Below are positions 49,698 through 59,307 of a stretch of 64,000 bases of DNA, in pieces. Made by a program: the position numbers and the translations under genes. Where the stretch lies: positions 11,965 to 75,964 of the forward strand of contig CACOJW010000004.1 in the NCBI GenBank assembly GCA_902627615.1, written 5' to 3'. This stretch comes from an uncultured marine group III euryarchaeote. GTDB taxonomy: Archaea; Thermoplasmatota; Poseidoniia; MGIII; CG-Epi1. Positions within the stretch are counted from its first letter, which is position 1. The number at the start of each line of letters is the position of its first letter. The notes under the pieces are model-generated. The model saw only the letters and a program-made list of their open reading frames with translations. It ran no database searches and had not been told where the DNA came from.

Positions 49698-50332
49698 CCC
49701 AACCTCACCGCCTTGCCCATTGTAGTTTTGACCCAAATTGATGCAATATTGTCTGAACCTCTATCGAGATTGGACTCAACACGTTTTAAAATAGTCTCAA
49801 GATTTTCTGCCAATTGGTCTTGCGACATAGAAATATTTCCAAATGGAACATGGAAAGTTGGACGATCCTTAGATCTTACTGGGACTAAATTAGTTAAACT
49901 GTTAATAATTCTTTCAATATCTGCTTGTGGAGGAATAGGTCTGGGCATTTTTCCACGAGGACCCAAAACAACACCAAGACTTTTACCGATTGTAGCCATT
50001 AATCCAGTCTCAGCAACGAAGAAATCAAATTTATCTGCCAATTTTCTAGCTTCTCTTTTGTTTTCAGAGAGCTCATCTATTTGTTCTGGACCAAGGACTG
50101 TATCAACTATCTTCTTAGAGATAACTGCCATTTCACCCTGTGCAAAAACTGCAACGCGTGCTGGCCTACCTCTTCCATGCGGAAGAGCAACCTCTGCATT
50201 AATCCTCTTTTGAGGATTTTGTAAATCAACATCACGAAGATTTATTGCAACTTCTACAGTCTCAACGAACTTACGCTCCTTATCTGATTTGAGGGCATCC
50301 TCAATTACCTGATTTACTTTATTTGATGCGAT
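49694..50332 (-). CDS. rpl1: 50S ribosomal protein L1, proposed ATC start at 50332
   Basis: RKFVETVEVAINL, LPHGRG, LGPRGKMP, VKTTMG; start inferred from GGAGGTGA 4 nt upstream (ORF track uses ATG 50392). Confidence 0.93.
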   Translation of the reverse strand: MASNKVNQVIEDALKSDKERKFVETVEVAINLRDVDLQNPQKRINAEVALPHGRGRPARVAVFAQGEMAVISKKIVDTVLGPEQIDELSENKREARKLADKFDFFVAETGLMATIGKSLGVVLGPRGKMPRPIPPQADIERIINSLTNLVPVRSKDRPTFHVPFGNISMSQDQLAENLETILKRVESNLDRGSDNIASIWVKTTMGKAVRLG

Positions 50333-50336
50333 GGTT

Positions 50337-50375
50337 TCACCTCCGTAGTAAGGCGAGATTACATCTCTGCTACGG
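50337..50375 (-). promoter_or_regulatory. Candidate L1 autoregulatory mRNA leader overlapping the Shine-Dalgarno sequence
   Basis: Minus strand CCGTAG-CAG-AGAT-GTA-ATCT-CGCCTTA-CTACGG-AGGTGA: two stems around an asymmetric internal loop, like L1 target sites. Confidence 0.7.
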
Positions 50376-50457
50376 TATCTCGTCGGAGACATGGGGATAT
50401 ATAAAATTATTCAATTTTTCGATTGATATCTTTAAGTACTTGTTTTACAAATAAGGT

Positions 50458-51366
50458 TTGGTACCTGTGATAAAGGCAACAAACGTCGTTAAACAATATG
50501 GCAATCTCAAGGCATTAGATAATTTTTCTATAGAGATACCTGCAGGTAAAGTGGGAATTTTAGGCCCTAACGGTGCCGGAAAAAGCACATTCGTTAAAAT
50601 TGCTCTTGGGTTATTAACTCCAACTAGCGGCGAAATTACTGTCTTAGGTGAAACTCTAACTAAAAATACTACTGAGATTCGCAGAAAAATTGGATATATG
50701 CCTGAACATGACTGTATACCTAACGAAATGACTGGTGTTGAATTTTTGATAGAAATGGGAATGGTTTCCGGAATGAGTTTGGCAGGAGCTACAGAAAGAA
50801 CTCACGAAATTTTAGGACATCTAAGAATGGGGGAAGAAAAGTATCGACTTATTGGCGAATATTCAGGAGGTATGCGTCAAAAAATAAAATTAGCCCAAGG
50901 TCTAATTCACGCACCTGAAGTTGTATTTTTAGATGAACCTACTTCAGGACTTGATCCTAATGCCAGAAGAGAAATGTTGGAAACAATAAACGGTTTGACG
51001 GATGTAAGCACCACTAAAGTTTTACTCAGCACACATATCCTTCAAGATGTTGAAACTGTTTGTGACTCAGTCATAATTGTCAAAGACGGGAAACTGCAAA
51101 TGCAAGAAGACGTCAAAGCAATTGTAGGTGAAAAAAGTAATTTTGTTCAAGTTAGAATAGGAGGAGAATCTGAGAATTTTATTTCCGAACTAAAAAAGAA
51201 AAAAATTACTGTGGAAGATGACGGTCGTGTGCTAATAATACCATACGTAGACCACTCAACATATGATGACATTATAGACGCTTCTGTGAAAAGTGAATGC
51301 TCGTTATATGAAATGGAAAGGACCTCTCAATCAATGGATAGTGTTTACCAGGAGATAATTGAATGA
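50458..51366 (+). CDS. ABC-2 type transporter ATP-binding protein (TTG start)
   Basis: GPNGAGKST, YSGGMRQK, LDEPTSGLD, STH. Confidence 0.95.
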   Translation: MVPVIKATNVVKQYGNLKALDNFSIEIPAGKVGILGPNGAGKSTFVKIALGLLTPTSGEITVLGETLTKNTTEIRRKIGYMPEHDCIPNEMTGVEFLIEMGMVSGMSLAGATERTHEILGHLRMGEEKYRLIGEYSGGMRQKIKLAQGLIHAPEVVFLDEPTSGLDPNARREMLETINGLTDVSTTKVLLSTHILQDVETVCDSVIIVKDGKLQMQEDVKAIVGEKSNFVQVRIGGESENFISELKKKKITVEDDGRVLIIPYVDHSTYDDIIDASVKSECSLYEMERTSQSMDSVYQEIIE

Positions 51367-52298
51367 GGGAGAAGGCCCAACTGTCTGATCGCTTTAGGGA
51401 TTTTGATGCAAACCTAACAACAAGACCTTGGATAGTTCTCGGCATGGGTTTGAGGAAATTCAATAGATTATTAACACTAAAAACATGGAACGGTCTTGGT
51501 ATTTGGTTAATGATAGCTGTTGTTTACCTACTAACATTTATTAGATTTATATTATTCATTGAGCCTGAAGATTATCCCTGTGTTGATCTTAACGATGAAT
51601 ATCAAAGATGTGTTCCGCTTGATTTTTATGGCGATTTGTTAGGAAATGCAGGAGGTACTAAACTCTTTCTAATTGCAATTGCTGCAACTGCAAGCGGCGG
51701 AATTATTGGAAATGATATGGCGAATAAATCCATTCACTTGTATCTATCAAGACCAATAAGCAGATTAGATTATCTTATTGCTAGATTCATTCCAGTTTTT
51801 ATCTTATTGCTGTTAGTAACTGCATTGCCCAATTATATGATTCTAAGTTCTATGTGGTCAGGTAATGGCTTAGAAACTTCATGGTTGCTAGACAGAAAAT
51901 GGCTTATTGTTAATATAATGCTTCAAGGAATACTTTACTCGGGAACGTATTCTATAATTGGATTAACATTCTCAACACTAATTAAAAAAGAAGGGATTGC
52001 TTCGAGTACTTTTTTCCTGTTCGTTTATGGTACTTCTTTAGTATGTGAGACTTTCTTTACAATTTTAAATGCATTTGATATAGATGAAGCTGACTACATA
52101 CTATTACTATCAATAAATCATGTAGTTGATATGTTGAGTTATTTAATATTCGATACCAAATACTATGTTATAGCATTCTTTACGCCCCGGGAAGTAGATA
52201 TTGGAAGCGTGGAGCTCATTGCAGTTTTTACAGTTATTTTTGCAGGATGTGCTGGTTTCATGTACTGGATTATTCAGCAAATGGAGGCTAATAAATGA
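51363..52298 (+). CDS. ABC-2 type permease
   Basis: About 6 TM; LYLSRPISRLDYLIAR. Confidence 0.88.
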   Translation: MREKAQLSDRFRDFDANLTTRPWIVLGMGLRKFNRLLTLKTWNGLGIWLMIAVVYLLTFIRFILFIEPEDYPCVDLNDEYQRCVPLDFYGDLLGNAGGTKLFLIAIAATASGGIIGNDMANKSIHLYLSRPISRLDYLIARFIPVFILLLLVTALPNYMILSSMWSGNGLETSWLLDRKWLIVNIMLQGILYSGTYSIIGLTFSTLIKKEGIASSTFFLFVYGTSLVCETFFTILNAFDIDEADYILLLSINHVVDMLSYLIFDTKYYVIAFFTPREVDIGSVELIAVFTVIFAGCAGFMYWIIQQMEANK

Positions 52299-53233
52299 AT
52301 ATAAAACTTGAACAAGTTACTAAAAATTATGGTAACGTACAAGGAATCTCAAACATAAATTTAGAAGTCAGCAGGGGTATAACAGGAATACTAGGTCCAA
52401 ATGGAGCTGGTAAATCAACTACAATGAAAATAATTTTAGGATTATCTCGGCCATCAAGAGGCAGGATAACTGTTAATGGAAAAAATCCCTTTGATGATTG
52501 GGAGTTAAAGAAAGATTTTGGCTTTGTCCCTGAATATGACTGCTTTTACGAACATATGTCTGGTTTGGAATTTGTGTGCTACTTTCTTAGAATGCATGAC
52601 TTCCAAAGAGAAGAGGCCGAAAAAAGAGCAAGAGAAGCCCTTACTGAATTGGGATTAGAAGAGGCCATGGAAAGAAAGATTAATACTTATTCAAGAGGCA
52701 TGCGGCAAAAAACTAAGGTTGCAAGAGCCACTGTGTTTAATCCTAGAGTACTGGTTATGGATGAACCTTTTCAAGGTGCAGATCCAACCACAAGAATGCT
52801 TTTGATGAAGAAAATGACTGAATGGGCTGAAAATGGTAAGACTATTCTAATTTCAAGTCATATTTTACATGACATCCAAAGCCTAACTGATAATATTGCT
52901 TTAATCAATAATGGAAAAATGTTGGCTCATGGAAATCGCCACGAAATAAGAAATCTAATCAATATACCAAGACCAATAACTATAGTTCCTGTAAAAGATG
53001 GAAATTTAAGAAAATTAGCTAAAAGACTTTTAGATGAAAAATGGACTAAGGCAACTTCGATCGATGAGGATACCAACGAATTAACTGTCGAAACTACTCA
53101 AACAGAGGATGTATATTTAGAAATACCAAAAATCCTTCAAAAGGAAAAAATAACTGTTGAAAGAATATATTCTGAAGACGATTCTCTAGACTCATTATAT
53201 GCAAAATTAGTGGAGGGTCATCAATGGAAATAA
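52295..53233 (+). CDS. ABC-2 type transporter ATP-binding protein
   Basis: GPNGAGKST, YSRGMRQK, MDEPFQGAD, SSHIL. Confidence 0.95.
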   Translation: MNIKLEQVTKNYGNVQGISNINLEVSRGITGILGPNGAGKSTTMKIILGLSRPSRGRITVNGKNPFDDWELKKDFGFVPEYDCFYEHMSGLEFVCYFLRMHDFQREEAEKRAREALTELGLEEAMERKINTYSRGMRQKTKVARATVFNPRVLVMDEPFQGADPTTRMLLMKKMTEWAENGKTILISSHILHDIQSLTDNIALINNGKMLAHGNRHEIRNLINIPRPITIVPVKDGNLRKLAKRLLDEKWTKATSIDEDTNELTVETTQTEDVYLEIPKILQKEKITVERIYSEDDSLDSLYAKLVEGHQWK

Positions 53234-54132
53234 TAGATAAAATTGGAAAGCTGCCAGATATAGTTCAGTCCTTTGCTAAGCGATCAAAAAATTTATTTCC
53301 ACCAATTGCTAAAGATTGCATATATCGACTATTGGTGAATAAAATCACCTGGATAGTAGTAGCAATACTATTGCTTCCATGTGTATTAGGTGTAGTAATA
53401 TATTTTCAAACTGATGAAGATAGGCAGGTCCGAGAATCAAACGGTGAGAAAGTATATTATGATGAAGATGGAGATTTAATACATGAAGATGCAAGAGAAG
53501 AATTTCTGAATATATTTGATTTATTTGTAATAAGTTTTGTAGCTATAATAATGGCTATAATTTTTAGTTCTGAATTAATCAACGAGGAATTTGAAAATAA
53601 AACAATGCAACTACTAAGAACAACCCCCATTCATCCCTTCGAAATTATACTCCATAGATATTTGGCTGGAGTAATTTCCATGTTCGCTATTTTAGGTTTA
53701 AACGCAATTATATTTTACTATGCTGTCATGATGCCCTCTGGAACACATGGAATTCTCGAAAACTTAGATGTTCTGCTCATGGTTTTACAAATTTTACTAT
53801 TTGAAAGTTTAGCATTTATCGCCATTTTTTGTGTTTTTACCACATATTTAGAAAAGCCTTACTTGGTTGGAATAATTTATTGGATTGTATGGGAAAGCTT
53901 CGTTTCTACTCAAAATTACCAACAATTAACCATAACTCACTATTTGAATTCAATGATTTTTAACTCGACAAAAGCAATGGGATGGGATGTCCAGGCAAGT
54001 GATTTTAATTTAGTAAATAGTAATGAGGAAATCCTTGCTACTGAACCATTTACTGCAATGCTAATTATAGTAGTGATAGCAATTCTTTCACTTATTTTAG
54101 CTTCAAGAGGAATAGCAAATAGACAATTCTAA
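53224..54132 (+). CDS. ABC-2 type permease
   Basis: About 6 TM; EFENKTMQLLRTTPI. Confidence 0.85.
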   Translation: MEIIDKIGKLPDIVQSFAKRSKNLFPPIAKDCIYRLLVNKITWIVVAILLLPCVLGVVIYFQTDEDRQVRESNGEKVYYDEDGDLIHEDAREEFLNIFDLFVISFVAIIMAIIFSSELINEEFENKTMQLLRTTPIHPFEIILHRYLAGVISMFAILGLNAIIFYYAVMMPSGTHGILENLDVLLMVLQILLFESLAFIAIFCVFTTYLEKPYLVGIIYWIVWESFVSTQNYQQLTITHYLNSMIFNSTKAMGWDVQASDFNLVNSNEEILATEPFTAMLIIVVIAILSLILASRGIANRQF

Positions 54133-54167
54133 AGTTTTATTAAAAGGTCAAAATAGGACGAATGCTT

Positions 54168-55313
54168 ATGGCTAAGAGAGATTATTACGAAATTCTGGGA
54201 ATTGCGAAAGACTCCGACGAGAGAGCTATCAAGAAAGCATACCGTAAGTTAGCTAGAACTCACCACCCCGACGCTAGTTCAGAAAGCCCAGAGGTGGCTG
54301 AGAAAAAGTTCAAAGAAATTTCTGAGGCCTATGAAGTATTAGCTGACGCCGATAAAAGATCAAGGTACGATAGATTTGGTCATAAGGGTGTTGATTTTGA
54401 TGGCGGTGGATTCTCATGGGATCAATTTAGCCACGGTGCTGATATTTCAGACCTTTTTGGTCAATTATTTGGGGGTGGACAAAGAGGAGGTATGGGTGAT
54501 GTCTTTGGTCAATTCTTTGGTGGAGGTCAGAGAGGTCCTAACAATAGAGGTGATGATCTCCGATATGATATTACTATGACTTTAGAAGAAGCATACAAAG
54601 GAATTACCAAAGAAGTTGAAATCCCAAGAGATGGTCCTTGTAAAAAATGTAGTGGCTCTGGTGCTGCAGAAGGAGGTACTGCTAGAACTTGTAACACTTG
54701 CAGAGGACAAGGTATGGTTCAAAGAATGACAAGAAGAGGATTCATGTCAACTGTAAGTACTGATACTTGTTCCGATTGTAACGGAACTGGAAAATCTATC
54801 GACAAACCATGCAGTGGCTGTAAAGGTTCAGGAATTGTATCAATTAATAAGAAAATAAAATTGCAAATCCCTCCTGGTGCAGATCACGGATTTAGATTAA
54901 GAATGCGAGGACAAGGAAGTGCAGGACCCAATAACGGACCAAAAGGGGACCTGTACATAGTTGTGAATGTGAAAAAGCACGAAATTTTCCAAAGACAAGA
55001 TAATGAGATTATATTTGATTTGGAAATAAGTCCGGCCCAAGCTGTGATTGGAGATAGCCTAAGAGTTCCAACTCTATCAGGTAATGTTAAACTAAAAATA
55101 CCTTCAGGAACTCAATCCGGTGACGTGCTCAGATTAAAAGGAAAAGGAATGCCTGATATTTCGAGACCTAGTCTCGTTGGCAGTCAACATGTAAGAATAA
55201 ATGTTAAAGTACCCAAACCTACTGGTAAAACAAGGAAACTATGGGAACAATTAAGAGATTTAGACTCGGAAAAACCTTCGTTTCTAGACAGGATAATGGG
55301 TAAATTTGGCTGA
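54168..55313 (+). CDS. dnaJ: Chaperone DnaJ (class A)
   Basis: MAKRDYYEILG, HPD, G/F-rich region, four CxxCxGxG repeats. Confidence 0.97.
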   Translation: MAKRDYYEILGIAKDSDERAIKKAYRKLARTHHPDASSESPEVAEKKFKEISEAYEVLADADKRSRYDRFGHKGVDFDGGGFSWDQFSHGADISDLFGQLFGGGQRGGMGDVFGQFFGGGQRGPNNRGDDLRYDITMTLEEAYKGITKEVEIPRDGPCKKCSGSGAAEGGTARTCNTCRGQGMVQRMTRRGFMSTVSTDTCSDCNGTGKSIDKPCSGCKGSGIVSINKKIKLQIPPGADHGFRLRMRGQGSAGPNNGPKGDLYIVVNVKKHEIFQRQDNEIIFDLEISPAQAVIGDSLRVPTLSGNVKLKIPSGTQSGDVLRLKGKGMPDISRPSLVGSQHVRINVKVPKPTGKTRKLWEQLRDLDSEKPSFLDRIMGKFG

Positions 55314-56292
55314 AGACGACGATTACTCACAAGATAGTGAAGCATACCGCAAATGGAGGAGCGGTGAAGATAATGACAGATATGCGTCATCGAAAACCCC
55401 TTCAGAAACAGGAGCAAGAAGTGAAAACTATACTACCTCTAAATCTGAAAATGTTGAATATGCTCTTCCGGATGAGGATGATAATTCTGAGAAACTACCC
55501 CTATATGTTTGGGTGATTCTCATTGTTCCAACAATTCTTTTTGTTATTATAGCAACTGGTGCAATTGACCTCCCATTTGGTGACGGAGAATCAAATGGGA
55601 CAAATCCTAGTGAATGGCCTTCTGTTGAAGGAACTATAGAAAATACACTCGTTTTAGATAAATTCATAACCGAAGAATATTGTGAAGACGAAAATGATGA
55701 TGGATATTTTGATGACAATGAATGCTGGAAAGATTTTGTTTACGTCGCTGAAGTATCTTACATCTACACTGTCGAGGATACGAGTGATGTAAATGGCCAA
55801 AAAGGTTGTGAAGGTTGTTTCTATGGAGAAACAGTAGAATTATGGGAGAGTCACTGGGTGGACGTTCTAAAGAGAGAGGGAGAAGATAAATTATTCCAAG
55901 AATTTATCAATGCAACGGATGAGCGCTTGGCAGTTAACTCTACAGTGAAAATATTTTACAATCCCGAAAACGCTAGCGAGGTGTATAGTGAATTTGGACC
56001 TCTCGACGATTTAGATTTTGGTGGAATATCGACGTTATTATGCTTAGGTGGATTTTCATGCTTCACATTTATACTTGCCGCATTTATCATGGGCGGGCTT
56101 CGGGTCAGTGCTGATGGTGGAGACTACGGACTAAATCGCAGTGGTTCTTTTGGAGTATTTGGATCTGATAACAACCGTAGTGGAAGAAGAAATAATCGAG
56201 CCGTCAGGAGAAGTGGAGGAAGTAGTCGTAGCGGCGGCGGAGGAAGAAGTGGTAGTGGAAGCCGGAGTGGCGGTGGTGGTCGAAGACGTTGA
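55306..56292 (+). CDS. Two-TM protein with DUF3592-like extracytoplasmic domain and Arg/Gly/Ser-rich tail (TTG start)
   Basis: WPSVEGTI, VSYIYTV, VKIFYNPENASE between two TM helices; ends RSGGGGRSGSGSRSGGGGRRR. Confidence 0.7.
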   Translation: MAEDDDYSQDSEAYRKWRSGEDNDRYASSKTPSETGARSENYTTSKSENVEYALPDEDDNSEKLPLYVWVILIVPTILFVIIATGAIDLPFGDGESNGTNPSEWPSVEGTIENTLVLDKFITEEYCEDENDDGYFDDNECWKDFVYVAEVSYIYTVEDTSDVNGQKGCEGCFYGETVELWESHWVDVLKREGEDKLFQEFINATDERLAVNSTVKIFYNPENASEVYSEFGPLDDLDFGGISTLLCLGGFSCFTFILAAFIMGGLRVSADGGDYGLNRSGSFGVFGSDNNRSGRRNNRAVRRSGGSSRSGGGGRSGSGSRSGGGGRRR

Positions 56293-56819
56293 TTCTTAAT
56301 CCATTCAAATATTATTCCAAAAAATACAAAGAACGTAATCTAAACTCAAAACAACTGGCTAAGATGATGAATCGTTGGCCTCCGTCAATAGCTAATAGAA
56401 TTAAAGTTGTGAGTATAAGTGATGATTTTATGAAAGCTAAAATGATCATTACACAATCATGGCTTAATAGTGCCTTTGACAAAATAATGTTTGGAGGAAC
56501 TACATACTCTGGAATGGATATGTACTATGGAATGGCCCTTCCTTTAATCTTGAGTAAAAGAGGTATTGATGCCTATGTTTTTACAAAAGAAGCGAACATC
56601 AAATATCTCAAAGCTGTGAAAAGTGACTTGACTGTCATCTTTGAGTTAACAAAAGAAGATATTGACTCATATGTCAATGGAATAAATCAAAATAACAAAC
56701 ATGAAGAATGGCTAATTGTAAAAGGTTATGACAAAGAAAATGAACTTTGCGCAGAGACAAAACTATTAACTTATGTCAGAAATTGGCCAAGAAGCGGCAA
56801 AGATGAAAATCAATATTGA
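56289..56819 (+). CDS. DUF4442/YiiD-like hotdog-fold protein (TTG start)
   Basis: MNRWPP..NRIKVVSISDD, MFGGTTYS, ANIKYLK. Confidence 0.75.
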   Translation: MILNPFKYYSKKYKERNLNSKQLAKMMNRWPPSIANRIKVVSISDDFMKAKMIITQSWLNSAFDKIMFGGTTYSGMDMYYGMALPLILSKRGIDAYVFTKEANIKYLKAVKSDLTVIFELTKEDIDSYVNGINQNNKHEEWLIVKGYDKENELCAETKLLTYVRNWPRSGKDENQY

Positions 56820-57873
56820 TCCAGATATAAAAAAAGCAAAGACTATACCTTCAAAATTTTATTATAGCCCTAAAATTTACAAAAAATTAAAAAAATTATT
56901 TGATAGAAGTTGGCAATTTATTGGAGACAAAGGTTTACTAGAAAAGAACAATGCTCACCCAGATATTTTACTTGAAGGCATGGTAGATGAACCGTATGTA
57001 TTAACAAAAGATAATGAATATATTAGATGCTTATCTAATGTTTGTACTCATAGAGGAAATATAGTTTGTGTAAAAGCTTGTAAAACTAAATCTTTGGTAT
57101 GTGGATACCATGGAAGACAATTCCATTTAGATGGAAAAATAAAATTCATGCCTGAATTTAATGAGGTAGAAAATTTTCCAAATAAAGAAGATAATTTGCC
57201 TGAAATTGAAATGGATTTTTGGAAAAATCTAATATTTATAATAAATAAAAAAAGATGCGAATTATCTGAACTAATTAGGCCAATGGCTGAAAGACTAGAT
57301 TGGTTACCTGTAGATGAATTTGTATACAGGCCTGAACTATCGAGAACCTACAAAGTAAATGCAAATTGGGCCCTCTATTGTGACAACTATTTGGAAGGTT
57401 TTCACATCCCATTTGTTCATAAAGATTTGAACAAAGAATTGGAATATGAAGATTATTTTACGCAAGGTATCGACAATACTGTATTACAAATAGGAATTGG
57501 CAAAGATGATGAAAATACTTTTGATTTGCCAAAGGAACATCAGGATTACGGCAAGAATGTTTCAGCATATTACTTCTTTTTGTTTCCTAACATGATGTTC
57601 AATTTTTATCCTTGGGGTTTGTCAATAAATATAGTAAAACCAAAGTCTCCTGAATATACAGAAATAGATTATTTTACTTATGTTTGGAAAGAAGGATTAA
57701 TGGAAAAAGGAGCTGGGGCTGATTTAGACAAAGTTGAACTTGAGGATGAAGAAATTGTGGAATCTGTCCAGAAAGGTGTTAAGTCCAATTCTTACAACAG
57801 AGGAAGATATTCTCCCAAAAGAGAGATCGGAGTTCATCATTTCCATCTGTTATTAGAGAAATATTACAATTAA
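56803..57873 (+). CDS. Rieske non-heme iron oxygenase alpha subunit, choline monooxygenase-like
   Basis: CTH...CGYH Rieske site; DNYLEGFHIPFVH; EDEEIVESVQKG; start moved from 56773 to ATG 56803. Confidence 0.9.
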   Translation: MKINIDPDIKKAKTIPSKFYYSPKIYKKLKKLFDRSWQFIGDKGLLEKNNAHPDILLEGMVDEPYVLTKDNEYIRCLSNVCTHRGNIVCVKACKTKSLVCGYHGRQFHLDGKIKFMPEFNEVENFPNKEDNLPEIEMDFWKNLIFIINKKRCELSELIRPMAERLDWLPVDEFVYRPELSRTYKVNANWALYCDNYLEGFHIPFVHKDLNKELEYEDYFTQGIDNTVLQIGIGKDDENTFDLPKEHQDYGKNVSAYYFFLFPNMMFNFYPWGLSINIVKPKSPEYTEIDYFTYVWKEGLMEKGAGADLDKVELEDEEIVESVQKGVKSNSYNRGRYSPKREIGVHHFHLLLEKYYN

Positions 57874-59205
57874 TCAACGACGTTTGAACATCCTGAATTC
57901 CATTAATCTATCAACTAGATAAATGGAACCTGGATATTTCTTGGGCATCCTGAGTCTTAAAAATGGAATTGTCCCAATACTTCGGCCTATTCCTGATATC
58001 AAAAATATTGTAAATATCGCACGCCAGGTCTGGTCTGAGGAACCAATCAAAGCAAAATTCATCAAGCTATCAATTAAGATAAGCGGTCCTGAAAAATCTT
58101 CTAAATAACCTGCTAAATATCCTCCAGCTAGAGCACCGAAAAAAGTAGTTATTCCTATTCTTGAATTATAATAACTAAAATAAGCAGCCCTTTCTTTGTT
58201 AGGTGCTAAATCTAGAATCAACGCATTTTGAGTTATAAGAAAAGCACTAAAACAAGGACCCAAAATTAAAACTTGTAATGCAATCATCACCTCTATTGTT
58301 GGAAAGAAGGCGTAAATGAAGGGTAATATTGCAAAACCAATTCTACTCATAATCAATACTGGTAAAGGTCCAACTCTATCTACAATCCGCCCCATGATTG
58401 GCTGAAATGCCATTTCTGAAACTGCTCCAACCAAACTGAAGGCCACTAGAACCATATTATCGACCTCTAAGACATCAATCAAAATCATTGCAAATAAAGG
58501 CCATATTAATGACATATTCAAAGTGTAAAATGCTTGAGCATTTACAAAACTACGAAATGTATCTGAATAGTCTTGCTTATCATTGTCTGATAGCTGTACG
58601 TCTTCAATTTTGTCTGGATCTCTGTAAGGTACTCTGATTAAAATTAGACCTCCAACAAATGTAGCTACTGCTGCAATAGCAAATAAAGGACGAAAAGAAT
58701 CTGCAGTATCTGACTCATTAACATAAACGGAGTACACTGCTATAAGTGAACCTATCAAACCTGTCAAACCACCTATAACATGAAATCTGCTTAGAGTACT
58801 TCCCCTCTTTGCAGGATTCATCCAGTCCCCCTGCAGTGCAGACCATGTTGGAGTAATAATCGATAAAGCTATTGAATACACCATTACTAAAAATAATATT
58901 TCATACGGACCCTTTACTTCAGATAAAAAGTAAAGTGCTATAGATGCAAGGATAGACCCTCCGATAATCCAATAAGTTCTTACCAACTTTGTATCTGAAA
59001 TCCATCCCCAAAAATATTGTAATGCATTAGGAAGCAAATTCATTGTTGACTGAATCCAAGCAATTAATTCGAACGATGCACCGAGTCTTACTGCAAAATA
59101 GCTTAGATAAGGCATAGATATATCGTGTGCAAAGGAATTAGTGGCATGGTAAGCGTAAAGCTCCTTTGGAGGATTAACCTCATCTTCTATTTTTTTTGAA
59201 TCCAC
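57874..59205 (-). CDS. MFS transporter (probable GTG start 59205)
   Basis: About 12 TM; WGWISD and MGRIVDRVG motif-A-like loops; ERAAYFS. Confidence 0.88.
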   Translation of the reverse strand: MDSKKIEDEVNPPKELYAYHATNSFAHDISMPYLSYFAVRLGASFELIAWIQSTMNLLPNALQYFWGWISDTKLVRTYWIIGGSILASIALYFLSEVKGPYEILFLVMVYSIALSIITPTWSALQGDWMNPAKRGSTLSRFHVIGGLTGLIGSLIAVYSVYVNESDTADSFRPLFAIAAVATFVGGLILIRVPYRDPDKIEDVQLSDNDKQDYSDTFRSFVNAQAFYTLNMSLIWPLFAMILIDVLEVDNMVLVAFSLVGAVSEMAFQPIMGRIVDRVGPLPVLIMSRIGFAILPFIYAFFPTIEVMIALQVLILGPCFSAFLITQNALILDLAPNKERAAYFSYYNSRIGITTFFGALAGGYLAGYLEDFSGPLILIDSLMNFALIGSSDQTWRAIFTIFLISGIGRSIGTIPFLRLRMPKKYPGSIYLVDRLMEFRMFKRR

Positions 59206-59307
59206 AATCTTACTCCAGAATCTCCAATATAACGTTAAGCTAAGCACTGTGAATAAAGTAGGCACTATGGAAGTAAGCTTTTTATAACAAAAAAATAAAA
59301 ATATGAT

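Noticed and set aside
50333-50392. 20-aa N-terminal extension of L1 from ATG 50392
   Set aside because: The ATG is 4 nt from the TATA box and the stretch is better explained as an RNA leader; not formally excluded
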